A DNA stretch of 56,927 bases from a virus. The stretch lies in IMG/VR virus record IMGVR_UViG_3300045988_096557; one strand, written 5' to 3'. The position numbers and the translations under genes are program-made. How positions within the stretch are numbered: the stretch's first letter is position 1; each line of letters begins with the position of its first letter. Below are positions 11,941 through 26,098 of this stretch, one piece after another. Under the pieces are notes generated by a model, which made no database searches, had not been told where the DNA came from, and worked only from the letters and a program-made list of their open reading frames with translations.

Positions 11941-12681
11941 TTATGGTGAAACCGCATCTGCTAAAGCTTCAAATAAAGCTGCACTAATCAAAGTTTTATC
12001 TGCGGTAACTCTTGAAGTCCCGCAAGCAGATGCCATAGAATTATAAACACTCGCAGTTATCCAATCACCACGAGAAACTTTTAAATTATTGTATGAAGAA
12101 TACTGATTTGACTAGTTTCTCCAACTTTTATATTTACCAACCTAGTCAGCTAACTAATTCCATTTGCTGGCTGTAGCATAATCTGCTATATAATCTCCAG
12201 GACTGCATCCAAAAGAAAAGCTAGTTGGTTGCGTATATACAGTTACACTATCAGATGCAGATCCTAAACTAACTGTTGTCCTAGACGTAGTTGGCCCAGT
12301 AGTTGTTGTTACATCTTCATATATTGGATTCCCATTTTCGTCTTTTCCTACTTCTTCTCTATGGGTAGACCATCGAGTTACAGTAGTAGTTTTCGTACAT
12401 CTAGCACTTAATGTACCTCTAACTGTGTTTGCCCTTCCCGCGGTTAAGCCAGTAAAATTATGAGTTGGTTCTTTTGAACTAGAGCTGCCTCCATCGCTAA
12501 AGCTCCAACTCCATACTGTATTGCTATAAGAAATAGTAGTTCTAGAACCATTTTTACTATCTCCAGTAGTGGTCGTTCCGGAATCACTTGGATACACCCA
12601 TCCTACCGCAGTACAACTTATTGAAGCATATCTCTATCCAACACTAGAGTAAGAAGGAGAATGTAAAGTTACAGAACCCAT
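11941..12681 (-). CDS. Ser/Thr/Gly-rich structural protein, 246 aa, with 4 TAGs.
   Basis: ORF 12154..12597 with same-frame extensions on both sides. Ribosome-binding site TAAGGAG, and stop TAA 11941-11943. Confidence 0.45.
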
Positions 12682-12695
12682 ATACTATCAACTCC

Positions 12696-15600
12696 TTACG
12701 CAAATTGGGCATAGATACCGTGCTAATTTTCTTTAGAAACATTTACATTTAGACTTCCTCCAGTTATCCATATTCCGCCACCTTCTGTTCGTAGAGCTAT
12801 GTTTCTAGAAGATTTTAAAATAATACTATGATCTCCTCGTTCAGTAAGAATACCAATATTCTCAGTAGGACCATAATCATCTTCTCCTTCAACATATCCT
12901 AAAGTTCCCAGCTTATTTCTCCAACGATTATCTAAAAATATATCTACTTGATTCGTCTAAACTAAACCATTATATAGTCTTGTGGCACCATTTTCCAATC
13001 CGCTTTCACTGATAATCCAGCCACCAATCTCACCATTATCACAAGTCAAAGTAGTTGCATTAATATCTCCGCTAATATCTACATTGTCTGATTCAAAATC
13101 ATCACACACAATTCTACCATTTGAATATAGTGTAGTTCTTCCTCCAGAAATTCTATTTGAACTGATAATCCAGCCACCAATCTCACCGTCATCTGCATAA
13201 ATTGAACCATTAATCGTTGCATTTTTACACTACATTTCTCCAGAGCTAGTAACATAAAAGTAAGAAGATCCAGAGAAAACTGGTCTATCTGCCGTACTGC
13301 TAGAACTAGCTCCTGCCCAAAAACGATAAGTACCAGAGCTCGCTATTCCAGTTCTATAATTATCACTAGTTAACTTATTAGAAGAAAGAATCCAACCTCC
13401 AATATTTCCCTATTTAGCAGTAATTAATCCGCCTTTAGAAACAGAAAATTTAGCACTTGATGCTGTAGCACTTCCTGCCCAAATAGCAAAATCATTATTA
13501 TTAGTAGGAGTAGAAGTATTGGTTGGAGATTGGCTATTTAATTCAACTCTCGTTGAGCCAGAGCCGCTATATAGTCTATTGGTTTCAATAGTCCAACCAT
13601 TAGATCCTGTTTTCGTTCCTCCAATTTTACCAGAAGAGGCGTAAATAGTCCCTGAAACTTCTGCATTGGTGGCTTTTACAGTTCCATTATATTTTACTGT
13701 AAAAGCTCCTCCGCCAATCTTTATAGCTTCGGTAGATCCATCTGCTTTAAGATCAGCAAGAGTAATAGTCATTCCATTAGAGGCATCCCCACCTTCTTCT
13801 GAAGAATTCCCTCCACCATAAATCTTCGCTGAAGTTCCATCAATAATGATCTATCCTCCACCACTTTTAGCTCCAAAAAACGCTGTTCCATTTTCCATTA
13901 AACCAAAAGTATTAACTCCAGCTTTATAACCATATAAACCTATTTTATCTTGAACGCTATCTTTTCCCATAACTACACCAGTAAAACGATTAAAACTATC
14001 TTTCTCTCCTGCTCCAATCTATGGAGCTAAGATATACTAACCATTTTCTTCATCAATTTGTAGCTATGTGCCATCCCATCCATTTATTAGCTCATTGCCA
14101 TATGTATCAAGATATAAAATAACGGGATGGTAGATATATTTTCCTTCGTATTCACATTTTAATAAAGCAATACTATTATCTTCAAAAATAAAACTAGATG
14201 CAGGTTCAAGATAATAAAGATTATCTTTTTCTTCAACTGTTAAAATTTCTTTTACAAGAGAAGAAATATTGCGACTATAATCCTAATTATTAACAATAAA
14301 TTCAATGTTATTGCTATAAAAGGATGGATTAACACCAGACGCAGTATATTTAATATAAGAAGGAATAGAACTAATATCAATATTATTTAATTCATCATCA
14401 CTAAAATTAACAGCAACATCAATAGGGTAATTACAGTAAATTTCATAGGCTCTATTATTCTTATTGTCATTAATAGTTACCTAAACTTTTACATATCCAC
14501 CTGCGGGATTTGAGATCAACTATGTTGTACCACTTGCTATTTTGCGGTCATCATTCTCGCCTTCCCGCAATTCAATATTAACACCAGTCCATTTATAAGA
14601 TAGGGTGTAATTACCATTATTATTGATTAATTCTCCATCTTTATATACATAGCATCTTATAGGTAATTCATTTACCCAAGATTCATCTCTATAAACTAAT
14701 GGAGTTAATCCAGATAGTTTCAATCCAGTGTCAGGGTCAAATGGTCTAATAGCACTTACATACGTAGTACCGTTCGTACCCTAATCACCATCTTTTAAGA
14801 ACAGAATTTCTTTTCGGAAAGAATATTCTTGCTCATCCATAGTAATTATACGAACTAAGATAGTATTATTGTTAAAATTAACTTTATACTTCTACTTAAT
14901 AGTATAATGTAAAATATTACTATTGTCAACCCAGAGGTTTTCAATCATAGACTCGCTAGGATTATATCTTGAATTAGTAATATCTTTTCCATCTGGACCA
15001 ATCCATTCTACTTTATAAGAAGTTCCTACACCATCTTTCCAAGTTAAAACAACTTGAAGAGTACGTTCTTTTTCAGCGTCTTCAATAGCTATATCTCCAT
15101 TTGCATCATATCTGAATGTATCTTCTCCATTATAAGTAATTGTTACATCTTCTTCAGAAGAGCTATTTGTGACAAGATGTTCTAATACAGAGATAATCTC
15201 GGTATGTTCTTTATTATAAACTCCACAAATAAAAGTGACAGAAGAGTACAATAACAAATTAGTAACTGTGATGGAATTTTGCTATAATCCAACTGCTGTA
15301 TAGCTTCCATCTGGATAAAGCATATACCAATCTCCAATAAGAACGGTGTTATCCGCATTGTTCTAAACTTGAATGATGATATCTTCTCCTACTGTTGTTT
15401 GTTTAAGCTAAAAATCATAGTTACTTGTTAAATTATATATCATTACTTCCGCACTCAATGTTACGCTATCATTATATATAACCACTAATTTATACTACTT
15501 CTAATGTTTCACTTGCTCAGCCTTAAGTGTCATCGTATTGCTCTCGGACGCTGTGACGGGAGCCCATCCTACACCACCATTTTTATCGTAAGAATCGCTA

Positions 15601-16610
15601 CCTAACAAAACACTTACATCTCGCTCAAACCACTTACATTTACAAGTTTGTTCATCTATTATATTATCGCCCTAATAAATTAATCGACCAACTAAATCAA
15701 GAGAAGAGATCTCGTTGGTAAATGAATTTCCTTGCGGGGTCGAAATATCTAAATAATATAAATTATCTGTTAAATCTTTCTGTTCAACAAACTAAATCTC
15801 TATATCCTTTACAAAAATGTTAGGTACAGTTCTATTCTCTTTATCTGTAACTACACCAGATTCCACATAACGATCATAGACAAAATTTTCTTCAAATAAC
15901 TTAATCTATTTAAGTCCAGTTAAATAATTTTTTTGAGCCTTAATAACCACAGATTGCGGGCTGTAGACCTAAAAGCGATAGGGGTCTCCATTAAAAGAAC
16001 TTAAATCAAGCTTATAAGAAACTATATCTCCACTTTTTGTAAAGAACTATATATCTAAACCATAATTTCCTTTGGTGTGTTCACAATGGAAAGTAGTTAA
16101 GAAAGAGGCTTTTATTCTAATAAGCTCATTGTTATTTGCATACTATTGGAATAGTCCATGATATCCTTCTTCATTACCACTATAAATAATCTACTAACTT
16201 AAATCACTATCTGCTGGTGCGCCTGCTACGACGCCCCTTTCCGCATCTTTGTCATAATCATACATTGTATCAAATGTTGGGCTTTTTTCTATTATTGAAT
16301 TAGAAAGCGACAGCATCTCTCCATATGATAATGATTGTTCATTTATCTTACAAACAATTCTTTTTCTTGCAGATAAATCATCCTGGGGAATAGTAACATA
16401 TACAGTATCCCCTACTTTATACTGCTTTTTTACATCATCCGCAAAAGCAGAAACTATATTTCCAGAATATTTAACTTTATACTCTCCGCTATCAAGATTA
16501 ACAATACTACTAATCTCTGCTGAAATAGTCTTATCATAAGTTAATTTTGATAGTGCTTTATCAACTAGAATATCTATCGTCTAAAAGATAGATTCAGAAG
16601 CAGTATTCAT
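12696..16610 (-). CDS. Large tail fibre / host-specificity protein, about 1304 aa, with about 40 TAGs.
   Basis: ORFs 13410..13772, 14520..14723 and 14892..15257 are all in frame 0. It contains repeated IGGWI(I/L)SxN...G fibre-type motifs. Ribosome-binding site AAAGGAGGA, and stop TAA 12696-12698. Confidence 0.55.
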
Positions 16611-16633
16611 TATTTATCCTCCTTTTTCTCATA

Positions 16634-16668
16634 GGGATAATAGGGGAGGAAATCTCCCCTATTATCCC
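16634..16668. other. Stem-loop (GGGATAATAGGGGAG...TCCCCTATTATCCC) at the boundary between the tape measure protein (TMP) and the fibre gene.
   Basis: A perfect 14-bp inverted repeat. The TMP stop codon (16662-16664) lies inside it. Confidence 0.4.
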
Positions 16669-19600
16669 TTTCTTCTATTTGCCCATTGAGTAGCATCATC
16701 AGCTAAACTACGAATAGCATCTTGAATTTCATCAGAAGATGTCGCATTTGGGAACTCAACTCGCTCAATATTTATATACGGTTCAACTGTGTTGTCTGCT
16801 GGAGTAATCTAAGTATTAGATCCTAATCTTGATGCCATAAGATTAGAAATAGATAGTGCATTTCCATCAAGCGCTTTCTCTATAGAAGCTATAAAACTAG
16901 GTTCAAAAGCTCTTATAGCAGAAACCGCCGCGAGAATATTTTTCGTATCTTCTTGATTTAAAACTAACTCTTTTTCGTGTAAGAAAGCTAATTTAGCATT
17001 ATCAAATTCTCCAGTATAACCTCCTGTATCAAATCCGCTTATTTGACTTTCTTTTAACCAGCCATATGCAGAATTATTAGACTATACATGAATCGGATAT
17101 GGTCTGCCTTTAGCTATATTAGTTATTTTAACTTTCTTGCCGGGCCCACGTCTACCTGCTGGATCTGTGCCATAAGAATCATGATAATAAGTTCCACCAG
17201 TATAAATGACTTCGTCTCCTACTTCTGGGATTCCATTGCCACTTCCAGCTCCTCCGCTGGAAGATCCGCTATTACTATTGCTAGAGTTATTATCAGAAGA
17301 TTGATCTGAATTAGCAGGAGGTAAATCATCTTTATCTATTCCTCCAGCGCTTTCTATTGTATTTCCAGCTGCTCTAGCAGCCTCCTCAAGAGCTCTTATA
17401 TATTCTCTAACTGATTTAGCCATGTCTAAATATTCTTGACTTAAATCTTGAATAGTGCTTATCTATTCTAACATCTAAGTGACAGCTTCTGATCCCACAT
17501 CAGAACATAACTCTGTAGAAGTTGTAACATCATCAAGATAACCTTCTAAATCATCAAGACTTGTTCCAGTCTAATCTGCAACTCCAGAGACAGTAGTTTG
17601 ATAATCTTCCATCGCTCCGCTTGCTTCGTCCATGGCCTTAGATAGAAAATCTTCAAAATTTCCAGCATTAGAAGTCATATTAGCAAGATCTTTTGCGAAA
17701 ACATTATCAAATAAATCAATAAGTTTTGTATTACTTCCAACTATATCTTGAATCTATTCATTATCAGATAATAACAAATCAATAATACTAGAGCCAGAAT
17801 TAGCTATAATATCCTGAATTTCTTGACTTGTAATTCCAGTTAAGTCACTTACCTCGTCTCCCGCAACAATAGCCATATCAATTAAGGCTTTATTACCGGC
17901 TTCGGTCATATCCTAAATAGCGATCTATTTTTCGTTCTCTAGGTCTTTAACCTTCTGCGTATAATAAGAATAGATTTCTTGCGCGCGGGCAGATCTTTCC
18001 TCATCAGTCAAGGTCATATCAGAATAAATCTCTTTTATTTTATCCTGACATTCCTGCCAAGTAGAAATAATTTCTCCAGTAACATCTTCAACCTATTGTT
18101 TAGCTATATTATACCATTCATTCTCTGCATCAAGTAAATTCTATTCCGCATCTGCTATCTAGCTCGCATCTGCGGTGTATTGATAATTCCAGTTACCTTG
18201 ACTATCTCTTACTAATCTAAGTTGATTCTTTGCATTTTGAGCATCTTCAAGAGCCATCTAGGCCTAAAGAACATTATACTTGGCTTCAAGAATTTCTAGA
18301 TCATATTCAGATAGAGTATTATTCTCTCTACGAATATCAATTTCTTCTTGTAACTATTTCAACTAATCTTTCATTTTAGAATTAGTGGCTTTATCAATAT
18401 CCTATTGAAGTTTATTATACCAAGAAGATACTTCATATGCTTCATTTACTTTATCTAAATATCTATCTTCTTGCTCAATGTAATGATCGAACTTGTCTTG
18501 TAGCAAATCTAAGCCAACTCCGCCAGAAACCGCCTATCCAAATTCATATACGGCTCTTTCAATAGCCTAAGTATACATTTCTTGTGCAGTTTCCATAGCG
18601 GCTTGCGCGGAACTTAACATCGCCTATTGGGCTTCATTATATTCTTCTAATAATGCATCTCGATTAGCTTTTAAACCATCATATGCCGGATCTGTTTCAT
18701 CACCATCTAATGCATCTAACGCACTCTAGGCTTCTAAAAGTTCCTATTTAATACCGTCGTACCACTATTTATTTAACTGCGCATTTGCTATTTGAGCTTT
18801 CATTGTCTCTTCGCTTACTTTTTGGAGCTATTCAAATCCTTCTTCGGTTTTATATGTAACCCCCTAAAGTGTATACAATTCTTTTATAAGTCCAAGAACT
18901 GATTCATTATGATCAAGTTGATCAGTAAATTCAGCGAATCTTTCAGATGCAGCGTCTAATGCATCTGGCAACATTTCTTCAAGACCCTCTACCCAATCAA
19001 GTAGAGCTTCTGCGGTAGAAATTATTTTACCCTATAAATCAGATATTTTACTTATAATTCCATCAATATCAGTCGCATCCGTTGCGTTAGCCAATTCTTC
19101 TTGATAACTTTTAAGCGTTTCTTCATAATCCTTGATTATTTTTATATTTTCGTTCACACTATTTTCATCAATACGAGCGACTTCAATACCATGAGTTAAT
19201 TCATCACCAAATGATTCTGCAATCTTTTTAGTTAATTCACGAACAGCATCTTTAGCATCTTTTATTTCTATTACAACTTCAAGTTTATATTCAATCTAAC
19301 TCAATCTATTGTCTGCGATGCTTCTCTCTAGTTCTTCCTATTCGTCCTTTACTTCTTGAATTTTGTCAAGAGTTTCTTCATATTGGGCGAGAGCATCCTA
19401 ACGAGCTTGGAATAATTCATCAGCAGCTTCCTTTTGTAACTGCCAACTATCATATTCTGCCTATCTAGCTTCCTATTCATCTTTAGTAAGATTACTAAAG
19501 GCAACTAAAAAAGCATTATAATCCGCTAAGAAATTATTATTATAATCATCTATTATAGATTGAAGAACACTTTGATAACCTTCAATTTCTCCATTTTCAT

Positions 19601-22600
19601 CAAAAATAAGAGAATTATTAAACAACCCTTGAAGATCTGCCTAGTCTTTTGTAAGATAAGTTTCAGCTTCATTAAGTAGTTTGTTATAATTAGCTTGCTA
19701 TTTCTCTAATTCTTGAAGTTCTCTCTAGTATGCTTGAAGTTTATTGGCGCCATAGGCTCTATCTATATTATTTCCAATATCATCTAATAAATCGTTCTAA
19801 TTCTCAATTTCGCGAGTTATTTCATGGTATCTATCTTCAATATCCTTTAGAGTCTTTTCATCTTCTTCGTCATACTTAGTGCCTTCATTATCTCCGCCAC
19901 TTGAACTTCCCTTTACCCCTTCTATAGCTCCATCAATAGAATCTAATAATTTGCTCTAGGCTATTTTTGCTGCTGCTATAGCCTCATTATACCCATCAAT
20001 ACTCCCCTAATAAATGGCCCTTAGCGCTTCTCCAACTGCCTAAGATTGCTTAGCTTCAAGTGCCTCACTAGCATCACCATAAATATTTAAATCGTCTGCG
20101 GTTACAGGTTCTACATCTAAATTTGCAGTTAAAGAATTTAAGAAATCATTAGCGTTACTCGTATCTATTGTTGTTGCAGCCGAACTATCAAAAGAAACAG
20201 CAGAAGTATCAAAATCTTGCTTAGTAACATTATCAGTTCCTATTTGAGATACTTGAATTCCAGTAGCATATGCCGCATCTCTAATTTTTTCAAGATTAGC
20301 AAGAACATTTTGAGTATTTAACTATACATTAGTACTCATGTTCTGCGCGCCCTAAGCAGAATACTCGCTAACATTAGTCCATAAAGTCTACTAATTTGTA
20401 TCTTGTGCGGTTAAACTATTGACCTAATCATCTAACATTTCTCCATTAGCAAGATTCTAAGCATTTACATATCCCGCTAATAAAGTTCTCTTCTGCTCAT
20501 CTGATAATTCGTTTATAGTTAATTCTCCAGAAGCTAGCTGATCAGCGATCTTAAGCGAAGCTTCAGCCTCTCCTCGTTTAGCCTCTAAAAGAGAAATAAG
20601 ATTTTGAAGCATATTAGATTTGGTATCAGCATCAACAGCTAATTGCCCCTAAGAACTATTATAAAATGCTTGATACATCTCATCTGTTAAAGCAAATGTA
20701 CCATCCCTTAATAATTCCGCGTTAGCTATAAAACCTGGATAGATAGATTCAATAGCCTTAGCTGCTTCTCTACTAAAACTCCAAACTTGTTCTCCAGCTT
20801 CATTGGTAGTCTAGCTTACTCCATCAGAAATAGCATCGAATACACTTACAATTCCGTCAACGGAATTTTCAATCTAATCTAATTGATTCTAAAAATTTAA
20901 TTCTGCATTTATTTGTAACTAAGCTGTGCTAGAATCTATATCATCCTATAAACTACTAATTAGCTACTCTGCTAAAGTTACAGTATCAATTTTATCTTGA
21001 GCTTCTTTTGTCCCATACTCAAATGCACTAGCTACGTTATCCGCAGTTTCGGTTTTAAAAGATTCCCAATCAAAATTTTCACCTAACAAATCCCAATCAA
21101 TCGTATAATTATCAAGATTAAATTCTTCTCCGCCATTTAAGCTACCTTGATAATCATTATACGCTTCTCGAACTTGTTCCCAAGCATAAACAACTTTTTC
21201 TGCACGTTCTAATTCAGAATCGCTATATTGATTTAAAATATCCTATTGCTCAGTTATTCTCTTTTTTGCTTCACTAATCTAATCTATTAATCCATTATTG
21301 ACAGCCTAATAGGATTCATTTATAATCCTCTATAAATAACTCTATTGTTCAACTAAAGTCATAGCAAGGAACTAATTAAAATCAATAATTCCTTTTTCTT
21401 GATTTCCCCAATCAACAGTTTTAGAAAGTGATTCTAATCCTTCTCGATCTAAATCTCTATCTCCAAGAGTTTCTAAGGCAGATTGTGCAGTAGTTAAAGA
21501 TTCTGTTGCGTTTTCAACTTCGGAAATAGCATCAGTATATTTTTTAGCACTGTCATAGGCATCCTAAAAAGTCTCCTATGTTAAAGCACCCCAATTTAAT
21601 AAATTTAATACAGAAGTATCATAATTTTCATCTGTAAAAATAGATTCAAGATTACTTTTTAATTCTTCATCATTGACTAATTCTTCAACCTCTAAAATTG
21701 CGTCATAAATATCTTTAAAGCCACTAATATCAGGATTCAGAGAAGTAGATACTAAATCATTGATTATATCGTTTAATTCTTCGCCTTCATATCCAGCAGA
21801 AGTGAGCGCCTCTGTAACTTCGTTAACCCAAATTTTATACTACGCTAAACTTGATACTTGATCATCGGTAATAGTCTAATTATTAAACTCTCCAAGCTAT
21901 ACCCGAATAGCATTTATACTCTCTTTAGTTTCTTTATATTGAGTGACAACCTCTTCCATTTTATCTCGCCACTCAACAGCAGCATTGTAAAGTCCAGATG
22001 CTCCTCTTTCCGAAACAGTCATGCTATTATTCATCAAATTAATAGCATTATTTAATTGATCATAAAAATTAATTAATTCTTCTGTATTATTTGGGTCTAT
22101 AGAAAAAGCTAAGTTTCTTCTTCCGCCAATTACATTGTCATTCCAACTACTATATAAAGCGTCCACATTATTGAGAAGAATATTAGATGCAGTATCTTCT
22201 TCGGTGCCATTCCAAAAATCATTAAAACCAGTAAAAGACCCCTCATAATTTCCACCAAAATATACGTGGCCCACGCCCTCTCTCGCGGTTTCAAGAATGA
22301 GAGTTTCATTCGCACGTAACGCTTCTTCTTGGGACTACAAAGTTTCCTAAAGTTCTCTTCTTTGAGCTTCTTGAGCAGCTTTTAAAACACTATTATAATC
22401 TTCATACTATCCACTTAGTCTAGCTAATGCACTGCCTTCTAAATCATACGCTTCAGCCAACTAACGAGTTAAATCATCTAACTCTTCTTTTCCATCCCCA
22501 GTTTCTTGATAAGTAGATAAGGCATTTTGAGTAGATTGAATTAACTCTCTATTCGCTTGTGCTTCTTCTTTTTTTGCATTTGCCGCATCAATAGAGGCCT

Positions 22601-25388
22601 AAGCAGCAGCCAAGGTTGCTTCATGCTATGCTTTTATAGCACTTGTTATTGCAGTAATCGCTATTATTGCTACCATAATTGCAGCAGTTAAGATGCCGGA
22701 AGCCATAGCGGCTTTCTGCTTCGCCATAGCAAGCTATTCTGTCGCTAAAGCCTCTACTGATGTTGCCGCGGCGTCCGCCGCTGCTGCAACAGCATGAGCA
22801 GTAGTTAACATATTTAAAGTTTTATAAACAGAAATAATAGAGGGTAGTAACATACCAAGAGAAGTAAACAAAGCTACAATTCTTTCAGTTGAAGTCATAT
22901 CTTCATCAGAAAAAATTCTTCCAATGCTCTAAAAAGCATTCATAATCATAGTTAAACTAGAAAGAGAACTTCCAACCTAAACCAATATTGTAGCCCAATC
23001 TCTCGTTGGTATTAATGCTTTTGTAATTACACTAGGGAACTTCGCTAACAATTCCTAATATCGAGCCTCTTGTTCAGTTGTTCTTGCAGTAACAGACTCC
23101 AATTTTGTTAATTCATTAATATAAGAAGTAACTACTCTTGGATCGGCTCCCATAGTCTATAAAATAGTCCCAAGTTCACGAATTTGCAATTTTGCATTTT
23201 GAGACTAATTTTTTAACCCCTCTAATTGCTAAGTCAGCCATTCAATCTAAGCATAATTATGTTCTTTGCCCGTAACACTAGATAATAAATTACGAAGGCT
23301 GTCTCTAGTCGCAGTTCCAGCGCTTTCAAGTTTTTTAAATTCTTGATACACTGTATCAAGTTTTGTAGATTGCTAAATTAAACTAGTTAACTAAGTAGTA
23401 ACATCATTATAAATTTTATCAAGGTTACTATTAGCTCTTATATTTAACTAAATTTGATTACTTTTATTTCTACTATTAAATTTATTTATTTCTGCTTTAA
23501 CTTCTTCTTGCCAGCCATCTTTTATTCCTATATTAAAATAAATAGTATCTCTAAGATTTAATACATTTTCCCTAGACTAAATCTACTACTAAGAATATGT
23601 CTTTAACTAATCTTGCAAAATACTTAATTTTAACTGTTCTGTCTAAATTAATCTACGACCATTAGCATCCATCGCGTCGTAGTTACTATTTATTTGGCCC
23701 TATATATTAGCCTAGTCAACCATAATATTAAAAAGATTTTTTTCAGCCTAAGACATAGAGTTTGTTAAGCCTAATTGAGTTGCTATCTCAGCCGCTGATG
23801 CCTACAAATTTCTCGCTCTATTCTACTCTAATCCAGATAGAACTTTTATATTAGCCACCATAGAACGCATTGATTCAGCAATCTTATTTCCATAAATCCC
23901 ATTAATCAACAAAGCGGTACTAGCTAAAATACCATTTAACCCTCCCATTGCATCAATGGCGTCTGCAATACCAGATAAAAATGGAGTTAAGACATTATCT
24001 GCATTTATATACAAATCTGGATTTATGACACTATCATAAATATCCTCAGCAGATGCTTTTACTCTATCTCTAGCAGCTTCCCAAGATTCAGCATAAATAT
24101 CTGCCTGTTCCTAAAGAGATCCCTCTGCTCCATAAGCACTAGCTAAATTCTCCTAAAAGAAATCCCAATTATCCATAAGTGCAATAAGACGAGTATATTG
24201 GCGAACTCCGGCTACGGTCTAAGCCAAAGCAATCTACTAGTCATTAGATAAGGTCTCCCATTTTGAACCCATTTCATCAAGTAAGGTATCCATAGTTTTA
24301 ATCTCACCATTAACATCAAAAATATCAATACCCACTTTTTCAAGAGCTTTAGAATATTTATTTAATGTAATGCCATCATCGAGAGTTTCTCCAAGATTTA
24401 AGCCTTGGATACGAGCAAATAAAGTTCTAAATGCTGTACCTACTGTATTAGCAGACTCACGTGTCGTAGCAGTGACAGTAGCAAGAGCAGAAGCAGCATA
24501 TTCGTAACTTAATCCAACTGTATCTGCTACAGAGGCAAATTGTTGGATACCTTCTGAAATTTCATCAGAGCTAGACGCTGTATCGGCGCCTAAACGCACC
24601 ATTACATCAGCATAATATTCAAGACTCTTACTTCCATCATAGAAGTTGTTCCAAACTGCGGTCAGCTGATCCGAAGCGGTCTATGCACTAATTCCTGCGG
24701 CATTAGCCATTTTAATAGTAGTTTCAGTTCTATCTAAAACTTCCTATTCAGTAAGACCCTATTGATAATAAATCAAAGCAGCATCACTATATTCAACAGT
24801 AGTTGTACTTAATGCTTTTGCTGCTTCATTTGCCTATTGAGCAAATTTAGCCATGTCTTCCGCAGAATTTTCAGTAACTATACGAATATTTGTTAATGAT
24901 TCATTTAGATCTTGTGCATACCCATAAGCTGATTCTATGGTTCCCACAAAACTATTTAACGCGGTGGAGGTAATCTGCCATCTCATAGTATTTTTCATAG
25001 TAATCCATAACTAATCAAATATTTTGCCAGTGCGCAATGCTGGAAGCTCCGCTTTTTGAATCGCTGTTGCTACATTTAAAAAAGCCTTTTGCCCCTCGGT
25101 ACCAATCGAAATTAACGAGTTGGCATAATCTTTAAGAGTTCTTCCGCTAGATTTTAAACTATTTTCAAAAGCTACTAAATCTAACTTTCCAGTCCCTTGA
25201 TTAAATGCCTAATGCATATAAGTAGATAACTCTAGCGCAGACTAAGAAGCTTGTCGCAATTCTGCTGTAACTTTAGAACCGGCACTGATTTTATTTAAAG
25301 ATTGAACTGCCTCGTTTACTGCTCTGTAAAGTTCAGCAGTATCAACATCAAACCCAATCTAATAATTTAATCTTCTATTATTAGCCAC
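16662..25388 (-). CDS. Tail tape measure protein (TMP), about 2908 aa, with roughly 100 in-frame TAGs.
   Basis: ORFs 17082..17423, 21897..22274, 23823..24014 and 24237..24602 are all in frame 0. Hand translation shows no TAA or TGA across about 8.7 kb. The sequence is Ala/Gln/Glu/Leu-rich with coiled-coil character, and the C-terminus DTGGYTGEFDNAKLAFLHEKELVLN is typical of TMPs. GTG start with ribosome-binding site AAAGGAGGA. Confidence 0.6.
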
Positions 25389-25493
25389 AATCCTTTTCCT
25401 CCTTTATCACCCATAAAACAAATAAGGCTCTTGAGAATTATATCTCAAGAGCCTTTTAATTCTCTATCTAATTTGTAAATTATATTAGATTTA

Positions 25494-26033
25494 TTAATCT
25501 TTTCCAACCACATCTTTAATTACTGATAAAGTTTCAAGATTCTCACCATTTTTAATTTTTTCCATTATATCAGTAATATATGTATCTAATCCAGAAGCAT
25601 TTTTATTCATCATTTGGATAATGCCTGCGGCAGAGTTATTATATCTTGCTATATCGCTTAAAGTATCTCTAACTAAGTCTTCAATAAAAGACAATTCATC
25701 TACTGGAATAGCACTTCTAACTGCATCAATAACACCATTAGTCTCTAGTGTATCATAAGTTTTGGCAATATTTTCATGCACATCTTCTTGCTCAAAAACA
25801 ATTCCACCATACCATCTGCAAATAGCAATAGCAAAATAAGTTTCTACTCTTACCGGACTAAAACACCCAGTCATCTCATCTATCGCTAAATCTGCGACAA
25901 AAGTAATAAGATTTGTTTTATCTGCAATCGGAAGATAATTAACCACAGATAAAATCTTATCTTCTCCAATTTTTACTTCTGTATATTTAATTTTAGGCTC
26001 CAAACCCAAATCTTTAAAAGTAATTTCACTCAT
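25494..26033 (-). CDS. Tail assembly chaperone-like protein, 179 aa (no TAG; TAA stop).
   Basis: Intact ORF immediately upstream of the TMP, with its own promoter and a ribosome-binding site AAAGGAG. Confidence 0.45.
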   Translation of the reverse strand: MSEITFKDLGLEPKIKYTEVKIGEDKILSVVNYLPIADKTNLITFVADLAIDEMTGCFSPVRVETYFAIAICRWYGGIVFEQEDVHENIAKTYDTLETNGVIDAVRSAIPVDELSFIEDLVRDTLSDIARYNNSAAGIIQMMNKNASGLDTYITDIMEKIKNGENLETLSVIKDVVGKD

Positions 26034-26049
26034 TGTAAAAACTCCTTTA

Positions 26050-26085
26050 TCTCATTTATATTTTTATTATACTAGAAAAATTAAC
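26050..26085 (-). promoter_or_regulatory. Internal sigma-70-like promoter (TTGACA-17-TATAAT) driving the chaperone and TMP genes.
   Basis: The reverse complement of 26050-26085 reads CTTGACAATAGTTAATTTTTCTAGTATAAT. Confidence 0.5.
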
Positions 26086-26098
26086 TATTGTCAAGTTT

